From NCBI GenBank assembly GCA_964016885.1, contig OZ024746.1, forward strand, positions 93,062,001 to 93,126,000: a stretch of 64,000 nucleotides of DNA. Direction: 5' to 3'. Under the pieces are notes generated by a model. It had not been told where the DNA came from. It made no database searches and saw only the letters and a list, made by a program, of their open reading frames with translations. Positions 49,871 through 64,000 of the stretch are shown piece after piece. How positions within the stretch are numbered: position 1 is the first letter of the stretch; each line of letters opens with the position of its first letter. The translations under genes and the position numbers were made by a program. The DNA comes from Eledone cirrhosa (taxonomy: Eukaryota).

Positions 49871-50158
49871 TTAACATCAGTAAGAGCGCCTGTTTGTGGT
49901 CGGTTTGAACAGAAAGAGGTGAGACTTTTGGCCAGATATGGCTGGTTTGAATGCTAAAGGGTTAAACCAGCTGTATCCATCCAGAATTATCTCATCTCTT
50001 TCTGTTCAAACTGGCCATAACTGGCCACTCATTCATGTTAAGGTATTGTTTTCAAAATAAAAATATCAAAATCTCACAGATTCAATATTATGTGAGATAA
50101 AGACTTTGCTGTGAAAATACAAGAGTATATATAGAGTAATGTAAATGCTAAAGGTTTA
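49871..50158. mobile_element. Inverted pair of MITE A copies joined at TTAA
   Basis: A + strand 3' half ends gggTTAA (about 49962-49965), followed directly by a - strand copy. Confidence 0.75.
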
Positions 50159-50269
50159 AGGGCCAAGGTTGTCATAAATGCTCAGTTGAGTCTTCCAATA
50201 AAAGATATTGGTATAATATGAAATTTTCAAGTTGTAGTTTTTCCTTCTTTGTCTGGTCCACAGCCCAGC

Positions 50270-50743
50270 CACTAGATCACTAGGTCCTAGCTACTAGACC
50301 ACTAGGCTACTAGACCATTAGGCTACCAGACCATTAGGCTACCAGACCATTAGGCTACCAGACCACTAGGCTACTAGACCATTAGGCTACCAGACCACTA
50401 GGCTACCAGACCACTAGGCTACCAGACCACTAGGCTACCAGACCACTAGGCTACCAGACCACTAGGCTACCAGACCACTAGGCTACCAGACCACTAGGCT
50501 ACCAGACCACTAGGCTACCAGACCACTAGGCTACCAGACCACTAGGCTACCAGACCACTAGGCTACCAGACCACTAGGCTACCAGACCACTAGGCTACCA
50601 GACCACTAGGCTACCAGACCACCAGGCTACCAGACCACCAGGCTACCAGACCACCAGGCCACTAGGCCACCAGGCCACTAGCCACTAGGCCACTAGACTA
50701 CCAGGCCACTAGGCCACTAGACTACCAGGCCACTAGCCACTAG
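50270..50743. repeat. 16-bp minisatellite (ctaggctaccagacca)n
   Basis: About 29 units with degenerate edges. Confidence 0.95.
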
Positions 50744-52664
50744 GAAGCAATGTTAAACATTGGTCTTTCCATTGCTGATATTATTTACGTCTCAACACTT
50801 GGCAGGAGCAATGGGAAATAAAGTATTTTGCTCCAGAACACATCATGCCGCCCTGTTCAGGAATCAAAGCCACAACCTTATGATCATGAATCCAACAACC
50901 TTACTACTAGACTTTGTAACTTCATTTACAATAAAATAGGAACTAAGTAGACACCTTTTTGTGTATAATTATATGTTTGTATGTATGGACTCATAAGTCT
51001 TGATGCAATCATAGGGGCGTTGTCATGACTTATAGTATTTTGGAGGGTACTTAAGTATTTAGTGGAGCCCATCCCCTTTCAAGGTATGGATGCAGCTGAT
51101 TTCTTCCAGAGAGAAAGGGAGGTAAAGATTTGACTCCGGTATTGGACTGATATTTTTCTTTTTTGGGAACTTAAACCGCTTTGCTCTTCATCTTTTTTTC
51201 TTACATCCACACGATGAAATGAAACAAGGCTATGATCATTTCACTTCTACCTCCCTTTATGTACAACCCCTTGCAAATCTTTCTGGATTCATGTATCTGT
51301 ATGTACGTTTTTTATCGACCTTCAAAGGACAGAAGACAAAGTTGACTTCTGTGGGATTTGAACTCAGAGAACACAGCCATAATAACCATGAAACATTCTG
51401 ACGTTCTAATGACTGTCAGTTTGCTGCCTAGGTATAATTAGGAAAGCATAATTGAACATGATAATTTCTGGCTATCTGAATATGACCACTGGTAAACTAT
51501 CATAATTGCTTTATTCGCTATATACCAGAATGACCAGAGAACAATATACATACAAAGAACTGTTAAACCTCATTATCTAATGAAATAAGTTTTTTTGTGG
51601 TTATTTTTTTTAACTTAAAAAATGCTTATAAGTCTAGCAAAATCAATTATTTTGGTGTTGGACTGCTGCCAGTTCTGATGACAAGTGTTTCAGTTGTTTG
51701 AACAATGGAATAGCCTGCTAATAAAACTAATATGCAAGTGGCTGAGCATTCTATAGACACATGTGCCCTTAATGTAGTTCTCGGGGAGATTCAGCAAGAC
51801 AATGTGGGATAAGGCCCCCTTTTTTAATTGCAGGTACAATTGAGTGGACTGGAGCCATGTGAAATAAAGTATCTTGCTCAAAGACTCACAACACCATTAG
51901 GAATCAAACTCTCAATTTTATGACAGTGAGCCAAGGATACTAACTAAACGCACACTGTCACAATTTCTCTGGTAATGCTTGATTCAGTAATTAACTTGCT
52001 GAATCACCAAGTTAGTTTTCAGACATGGTTAAAATTCAAAAGTTTTTTTAGTTTAACACTTTAGTTACAAATCCAGCCAAAACCGGCTCTGGTTCTATGA
52101 AATAAAACCAACCATTTTAAAGGTTTCCAATTGAAATTAAAATATAAGTTTATATAAGAACCTTACATAGTTACTATCTTAGTAATGAAATAATGTCATA
52201 ATGTCAGGAGGGAGATAAAATAAAAGCTGCTCAAGCGTTTCTATCATTGATTTTTTTTTTTTTACTGAATTGTGACTTTTGCATTCAGTTCTTTTGTGAC
52301 CATTCTTTGGAATGTGGTCTTCGGTCTTTGTCTCTTGCGGCGGCCTCCTGGTAGTCAATGTAACAGAAGACACTCAGCATGGACGTTACTAATTGGATGC
52401 CAGATTTGATGACCAATCCATGACAATTGCTGGTTTTGAACCTGAGCAAAGAGATGTGACTGCTCTGTGCATGTGAAAATTTCTGCATTTGTTATGCGAC
52501 CTTGGTATGTTACACCACAGATGATGCGCAGATAATTTGTGTGAAATGTGTACACTGATCATTTTTGTTTTTGTGTATGTACAATCCATGTCTTGCAGAT
52601 CATCTGTAAATGTTAGAAAATATTACATGGCTAGCGGCTTCTGTTCTTGTTGTTGTTAAGTCAC

Positions 52665-52990
52665 ATCTCATATTAGCTCTGACTCGGTAACCATATGGTA
52701 CAGAGGTAGTCAATCAGTCTTAAGACATACTGTTGAATCTCATCTCATCTTATCTCTAACTCAGCAACCATGTTACAGAGCTAGTCAATCTTAAGAAATA
52801 GTGTTGAACCTTACCTCATCTTAGCTCTGACTCAGCAGCCATGTTACAGAGCTAGTCAGTCTTAAGACATAGTGTTGAACCTTACCTCATCTTAGCTCTG
52901 ACTCAGTAACCATGTTACAGAGCTAGTCAGTCTTAAAACAGTGTTGAACCTTACCTCATCTTAGCTTTGACTCAGCAACCATATGGTACA
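52665..52990. repeat. Minisatellite of about 71 bp, about 4.5 copies
   Basis: catcttagctctgactcag recurs at 52817 and 52888, with diverged copies on either side. Confidence 0.88.
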
Positions 52991-53531
52991 GTTGTAATCA
53001 ATCTGTTCAATGACTCAGTGCAATCAATAGAACTATTGTTACAAAGACCTACTGTTGTTTAGCCCCAGGTCATCACCCATCAAGCAGACCCAGTTCAATC
53101 CCACTGATTACAGGGAGACTTGACTGCTATTTCTAGCAGGTCAAGCTCCATGGCTGTCTCGTTGTTAAATCTATATATAGTTTAGGGCTAGATATAGTTC
53201 TTAGAGTAAAAATCAATACAAAATTTGGCTTGTAAGTTTGAAATCAATAAATGGGCAGTAAATGGAAAACATTGAGAATGTGTTAGCTAATAATAGTACC
53301 TCCACTGCCTTATCATAGCAGGGTGATAAAACTATGTTAGCTAATAATATTAGGGTGATAAAACCCATGCTATATAAGCATAGTGGTATCTTGGTTGGTT
53401 TTGTGATCAATCAATACTTAACCCTTAGCATTTATATTACTCTGTATTTACTATTATATTTTCACTTTATCTTGCATAATTATCATGAAAGTAACATGTA
53501 AGTAGCTAAACATTCCACAGACATTATACCT

Positions 53532-53734
53532 TTAACCCTTTAGCATTTACATTACTCTATATTGACTATTGTATTTTCACAGTAAAGGCTTTCTCACATA
53601 ATATCGAATCTATAACATTTTGATATTATTTATGTTGAGAACAATACCTTAACATCAGTATGAGTGGCCAGTTTGAACTAAAGAGGTGAGAGAATCCTGG
53701 CTGGATATGGCTGGTTTAAATGCTAAAGGGTTAA
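53532..53734 (+). mobile_element. piggyBac-type MITE A
   Basis: TTAA-flanked, full TIRs. Confidence 0.85.
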
Positions 53735-56064
53735 AAGATATTTATACAGTATGGCCAAATGGTTAAGAAGTTTGTTTCACAATAATTAGGTCCTGTGTTT
53801 GATACCTCCATGTGGTAATTTTTGACAGGCCAACATTCCAATACAATAAATTAACCTTTTCAATATATCAGGATTTTTCTTGACTAATCTATTATGCAAC
53901 TTAATCGAAGCTGTTTTCCAGTGATCAATCACTGTATCAATTCATTGTCAGCCAAAGGTTTTCAGAGCAATTATGGAATTCAGATGGTTCTGAGATTCTT
54001 TGTCTTGTCAAAGCTGTAATCAGGCGGCGGCAGTGGGAATATATATATGTCTGTGTATATATATATGTGTACACACACACACACACGCGCACACTCTCCC
54101 CCCCCCCCCCCGTGTGTGTGCATACACATGTACACATATACTCTCTACGATTCGTTATAATTATTATTACAAATCTTTTTAATAATTTTTGTTTGAGGAC
54201 CAGGGACTTTAATCTGTCAATCTGACAATGGATTTGATAAGATTCAATAGAAATAAGAGAAAATGAAGACCACAAAGCTTTCATATTATTTGGAGAATAA
54301 ATGGCATTTTAACCTTTTGTTGTTTCTATTCTTGTCATCAAGACTAACTTCATTAATATTATCATAATTTTATGTCTGCCTTCCTTACCCTAGATGGGCT
54401 GGAGAGCACATGCTTGTATGTTCCAAATTTTGGCATGATTTCTATTGTTAAATATCTTTTCACCAACCACTTTACAGAGTGTATGTTATTGTGGCACCAC
54501 CATTAGAGAGGTTGTCATGTCTTTGACATGACTAAAATGTCTCTCTACTCAATGTTGTCAATTGTCGACTGCTTTACAGAGTCTATTGGGGGCATTTTAT
54601 TGTGGCACCAGTACTAGGGAGGTTATTGTCCTTGATAAGAGTCACATTCTCTCTACACAACATTGTCTCCATTGCATTGTCAGCCACTTTAGAGTCTACT
54701 GAATACATTTAATATATGGTATGAATGTATGATCTTGTAACTCCTGATAGTTGTAGGGGTGCTGTATTGACATACAGCATTTCTTGGGCATTTTAAGCCT
54801 GGTGGAGTTCATCCCTCTCCAAACCTGAGTACAGCAGATTTCTTCCAGAGAAGGATAGGTGAGAGAGAGGTATAGAGGAAGAATCGACCCAAGTACTAGA
54901 CTGGTACTTCTTTTTATCAACCTCAAAAGGATGAATGGCAAAGTTGACCTCAGTGAGATTTGAACTCTGAGAGCAAAGAGCCAGAATGAATATATATATT
55001 CTATCCGACTTTCTAACGACTCTGCCAATGTGCCACCTTAATATATGGTATAGTATTATGAAATATTGTGAGTTGAAAAATGTTGATTAAATGAGATTAT
55101 ACATACTATAGGTAAACAAAATTCCTTGAAGAAATGTTTCAGATCTAGAAACAAGCTAGGGAAAAATCTTCAATGACAGTATTTAACTGAATTTTTTGTA
55201 AAATAAAGATTATGTAACTGTAAGTGGATCTTGTGTTTAATCCTTTACCATTTACAATACTCTATATTTACTATTGTATTTTCATGGTTTAGGCTTTACC
55301 TCACATAATTCTCATATAATATCGAATCTGAGATTTTTATATTTATTTTGAGAACAATACCTTAATGTTGTTAAGAGTGGCTGGTTACAGCCGATTTGAA
55401 CAGAAAGAGTTGAGAAATTTCTGGCCGAATGCGGCTGGTTTAAATGCTAAAGTGTTAATCCTGTGAAAACTGCTCCCAGTCCTGCAATACAAAACTGTTT
55501 ATTTAAGCCTTTTTGATACCAACCTGCCCCGAAACCCCCATGCTTTCTATGATACAAAGTCACACATTTCACATTTTGTATTAGCATCAATGTTTCACAG
55601 CACCATTGGAGTGAATGATACCATATACAGTCTGAAGGTATCGAAATCATTCTAGTCTCCTGATGAGAGCTGATAAAGTATCCCGGCAGTGCAAGTTATA
55701 TATATGTGAAATATATACATCACCCTTTGTTTTATTTCTTCTGTTCTTTCTTTTCTCATTCTGTCCACTACTTCACATTTTTTCATCTCTCTATTGACTT
55801 CCTGTTATAAATTCATTTATGAGATAATATGAGATATATTGTTTATGTCAATATTGAGGAGGTGAATATATTACCAACAGGACATTTCTTTTTAATAATA
55901 ACAGCTATTAGTTAGGTCAATAAGTTGTATAATTTTCTCCGCAATTACTCATTTTTTCATGCTACGCTTATAAAATGTAGGTTATTTTAGTCTTTAAAAC
56001 AAAACAATAAGACTGGTTTTTAAGTAATCTAAATACTGTACAGTTTACAGTTTGTCATTTAGAT

Positions 56065-56531
56065 CAATGGTCGCCAACCCGTAGTCTGAGAGAAAATGTT
56101 GGTGGTCTGCAGAAAAATGTGGACATTATTTGTAATTTTTATGTTTTATTAATAATTGTTTCTACTTTAGGCACAAGGCCAGCAATTACCCAGTACATTA
56201 CTGGTACTTTATTTTATCGACTCCGTAAGGATGAAAGGCAAAGTTAACCTTGGCGGGATTTGAACTCAGACCGTAAAAGGACGTAACTATGCTAGAAAGC
56301 ATGGCGTCCAACCCTCTACCGATACTGCCAATTCACCTTATTAATAATAAAACAAAAATAATATTCAGTTAAAATATATTTTAAAACCCCTAAAAAAATG
56401 TTTTAATAGGTGCATTTCATATTAATAAAATGGAAGTTCTCTAATCATTATTTTATCTTTAAAAAAAAATTCATATGATTTAAAATTATAAATTTAGTGG
56501 TTTGTGAGGTCCAAAAGGTTGGTAACCACTG
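56065..56531. mobile_element. hAT-type MITE with a nested SINE A (56153-56337, -)
   Basis: TIR CAATGGTCGCCAACC / GGTTGGTAACCACTG; perfect TSD atttagat. Confidence 0.85.
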
Positions 56532-56999
56532 ATTTAGATAGCTTTGCTTCAATCTTTACCAAACTCAACGAAATGTCCCAACCATACTATGTCAAACTGC
56601 AGTTATACATGCCAGTGTAATCTTCTGTTAAACATGGCACTGTGCTTAAGAATCCTGGCTCTTTGGAATTAAGCTGTATAGTCTAACAGACTGAAGACCA
56701 CAAGATGTTAAAGTATTGGCCACTCTCTGGTAAAGTCTATCGTTGAATCCATTTTTGTGGAAACAGATGGTGTCCAGGGTCACCAAACCAATAACTCACT
56801 TTCTGCAATGGTCATCCACAAGAATGAGCCTCATGAGTTAGTGGCCTTTTCAGCATATCTTCTTCACTGTGAGAGGATATATCATTTTCAGGGTTCAAAC
56901 CTGAAGTGCCCCGGGCCCTACAAGATCTACATCCAACCCTACATGCTAGCAATCCTAAATACTCTTAAAATGTTGGGGATAATCAGGGCAGAAACACCT

Positions 57000-57228
57000 T
57001 TAACCCTTTAGCATTGAAACCAGCCATATCTGGCCAGAATTCTCTCGCATGTTTCTGTTCAAACCGGCTGTAACTGGCCACTCATACTCATGTTAAAGTA
57101 TTGTTCTCAAAATTAATAATATCAAAATCTCATAGATTCGATATTATGTGAGATGATTATGTGATGTAAAGCCTTTACCATGAAAATATAATAGTATATA
57201 TAGAGTAAAGTGAATGGTAAAGGATTAA
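57000..57228 (-). mobile_element. piggyBac-type MITE A
   Basis: TTAA-flanked, reverse orientation. Confidence 0.8.
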
Positions 57229-57526
57229 AATCATAGGTATTGTTGACCAGAGTTGACTTTGGCTAACAGCAGCCAGGAATGTTGCTAACCACATCATCAT
57301 AAAATGACACCTTGACATTTTATCACAACATAATTAATTTCTATGGAAATTGTTTAGGATCCACCAATAAAACGATCTGCCTTATTGGCATGTCAGCAAA
57401 TGTATACAGTATATTATTAATATCAGTCTCTACCACAACCTCTCTCTCTTTCTCTCTCTCATTTTCTCCCTTTACCTTTCTCTCTCTCTCTATATATATA
57501 TATCTATATCCACACGCGCGCGCGTA

Positions 57527-60994
<3,468 letters not shown>

Positions 60995-61413
60995 CATACA
61001 GAAATGTATCTAAGTGTGTGTAGTGTGTAACAAACTCTTATTTCTCTTTTTTCTCTACTCTTCCTGAAGACATTGATTTCAGTTTACTTTCACCTCTTTC
61101 TCCTCCTCACCCCTAACAACCATATTTGAATGATTTATAGGTAAACATTGAACCAGTTTGACCAGTAACTGAGAACTGGTTATAAGAAATAATAAACCTG
61201 ACTGGCTCAGATCAATGTATCACTATAAAGATCAATGTATCATTGTAAAGATATACTTGATTGGTTCTCAAAATATGATACTGTTGTGTCAAGAACACAA
61301 CAACATTGTTAGTGTTGGTAACACAAGAAAACACACCCAGTGCACTTTGTAAAGTGGTTAGTGATTGGAACAACATTCAGCTGTTGAAAACTTTCCAAAG
61401 AAATGTTTGAGAG

Positions 61414-61711
61414 CAGAGGCATAACTAGGGAAAATAATGCCTATGGCAAACAGTGAAATTGCATCCCTGCCCAGCACTGTATTTTTACCTATAGGTCTAA
61501 TAATTTAGATAAATGGTTTAATGATCCAGCCACCATAGTGTTCTCAACCATGATAATCAGAGACAGATCTTACATCTGAAAGAGTTTCTTTTTTCACTCT
61601 CTGATGAGGCTTATTTGACTTTAATAGAACGTGCTCCTAGTCCAAGTGGCGCCCCCTTCATGTGGTGCCCATGGCACGTGCCATGCTTGCCATACCCTAA
61701 TTACAATTCTG
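61414..61711. mobile_element. hAT-type MITE
   Basis: TIR CAGAGGCATAACTAG / CTAATTACAATTCTG; TSD tttgagag / gttgagag. Confidence 0.65.
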
Positions 61712-62279
61712 GTTGAGAGCATTCTTCAGTTGTGCCACAAAAAAGCACTCAGGGCTCTGAGAGAGAGAGAGAGAGAGAATGTGTGTGGGAAGATATGTAT
61801 ATAAGAAGTGGCTCCCTAGCCCACCTGAGAGGTCAGTAATGATGACCTGTCTAACTTTTGCTAACAGGGAAAATAGATATTAAATGATTATGATGACCAA
61901 ACCTGAGCACCCCACCCTCTTCTCACACTCATCTACAGATTTCAGTAACAATTATGGTCTTGTACACTAGGAAAGTAGACAAATAGATATCTAAATATTT
62001 TTCTCTAATGAATTGCTGCTCCACTCGGGGTTGGATTTAATGAGGGGCAAAGGGGGCAATTGCCCTGGACACCCTGCAGTGGGGGACCCATATGTGATGG
62101 CCATAGCAATTTTTGTGCCCCTCAGAAACACAAACCCTCCATCTCAATTTTACGTTTGAAAATCATAAGAACTGTGAAAACGGTAAATAAATAAATATTC
62201 TTAAGACTCCAGTTGCATTTTAAATTTCTTTTCCTTATATATAGATATATATATATATATGATCCCACTACATCTTTTA

Positions 62280-62690
62280 TGCAAAGTATGGGTGCATAAA
62301 AGATGTAGTGGGATCACAGGTAAGCTAACTAAGAATATAGATTTTATATGTGGCCGGTACTCTGGTGCAATAAGTAGCAGAAAATGCCCACAGAATACTA
62401 GCTCATTCCATTGCCCAGATGGTTCTATAGAAATAGTGGACACCTTCCGTTGGGTGACAAAATCAGCAGTGGTGGAGGGTGCTCCGAAAGTACTGTAGTT
62501 AGTCCGAACGGGATGAAAAAGTTCAGAGCTTATACCACTATTGGCCGCTAAAGGGTTCTCTCTAAAAATGAAAAGCAGGCTGTATGATGCCTGCATACGA
62601 ACAGCGATGTTACATGGCAGTGAGACATGGGCCTTGTGTGCAGAGGATCTACGCAGACTGGAGAGGAACGAAGCTTGCATGCTGTAATGT
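62280..62690 (+). mobile_element. RTE LINE fragment
   Basis: CKVWVHKRCSGITGKL, LYDACIRTAMLHGSETWAL and RLERNEA. Confidence 0.85.
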
Positions 62691-63214
62691 GGCCATGTAG
62701 GGAACACGGTAAAAACCTCCCAGTCCACATTGTAAACGTGGTTGGTGTTAGGAAGGGCATCCAGCCATAGAAAACCTGCCAGACAGTCCTATACGAGCGA
62801 GACGACCAATCTTGCCTCAAGTGGGACAATTCTCGTCTAAACCCATGTTAGCGTGGAAGATAGACGTTAAATGATGATGATGATATGTATATATGTGTAT
62901 ATATATATATATATAATGTGTGTGTGTGTGTGTATATATATATAAATGTAAGTATGCACGCACGCACGTGTATGTGTAGATTATATCGATCATTAATAAT
63001 AATGTTCGATTCGTTTGTAAACAAACGGCCCGATTTGAAGCTGTGCTGTGACTGATTGTCACCTGTTGTTCATAACCCGTATGTATATATGTGTGTGTAT
63101 GTATATATATATGTGTTTGTGTGCGTATATATATATATATGTGTGTGTACATGTACATACTTACATTTATGTATCAGCTGTGCTAGGGCGAGAAATAAAA
63201 TTCTAATTTTATAT

Positions 63215-63246
<32 letters not shown>

Positions 63247-63551
63247 TAGAGAAAGAGTGAGAGTCCCAGGTTCAATCGTGGGTAAACACAGTAAGTAAGG
63301 TACTCAATACATTAGTAGAGTGTAAACATCAAATTTAATATACTTATATACAGTTGTTGCTATATTTGTATGTTGTGGTCATAACATACAAATATAGCAA
63401 CAGCTGTATAATATATATATGTATATTAAATTTAATTGCTGAAGCTCACAGAGGAGATGACGAGGGACCGTGATGAATGGAGAGATCTACTGTGCTGAAG
63501 AGGACCTGTCCCACCCTTGCAAGCAGGGAAAGTGGACGTAAAATGAGGATG

Positions 63552-63582
<31 letters not shown>

Positions 63583-64000
63583 GTAAGGATTTTCTGTAGG
63601 TCACTTCTAATTTACTTAGTCGATAATGTAATATAAGTTAATATTTTCTGATTTACTGAATGAAGCTTTAAAGGCTCACAGACAAAGAATGGTCTCTGAG
63701 GAGTTACTCCAAATAGGACTAAAATCTGTTTTAGTCGATCTATTTATTCCTGTTAATGACAACATGCAGAATCACCAGAATCTATAATTATTCAATTGAC
63801 ATGACTGCCAGCAAAGTTTACTTATGCTAATCAGATTTTGCAGTTTAGGAAATCTCTTAATTATTGTGGCTATACATATATATAAATATATATATATACA
63901 GACTGTAAAGTGGTCATTTTGGTGCCATAACAAAAAGTGCCTAGGCCACACTGTAGTCACGTTTGTGACAATGAAAAACACCCAGTCCACATTGTAAAGT

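Noticed and set aside
49314-49874. 186-aa ORF with a signal-peptide-like start
   Set aside because: Mostly out-of-frame reading of a CRE endonuclease fragment.
55640-55930. CTGATGA followed far downstream by aacagctat (possible hammerhead); similar weak cases at 46875-46990(-), 54220 and 61060
   Set aside because: The GAAA core or the stems are not intact enough to support a call.

Overview
AT-rich, repeat-dense animal genomic DNA. The repeat landscape (Nin/Deu-like and CORE-like tRNA SINEs, RTE/CR1/CRE LINE fragments, TTAA MITEs, very long TA/TG microsatellites) suggests a mollusc, probably an octopod cephalopod; this is inference. One complete host gene, missed by the ORF track, can be rebuilt by hand: a 3-exon minus-strand cytochrome c oxidase subunit 7A gene, join(13710..13696,10686..10579,7130..6987), 88 aa. 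Its putative core promoter contains a perfect 54-bp palindrome with ETS/GABP-like and NRF-1-like motifs. Two identical tRNA-Glu(CTC) genes face each other 1.1 kb apart. A young 5'-truncated CR1-group LINE with an uninterrupted RT ORF lies in a (TA)n tract flanked by two convergent minimal hammerhead-ribozyme motifs of the Penelope type. The rest is nested transposon debris, minisatellites, several fold-back palindromes and a 3.5-kb purine/pyrimidine compound microsatellite whose >1100-aa ORFs are artefacts. I found no evidence for a multi-gene novel system. The most notable signals are the hammerhead motifs, the recurrent fold-back palindromes and the palindromic COX7A promoter. Repeat boundaries without a stated TSD are approximate.
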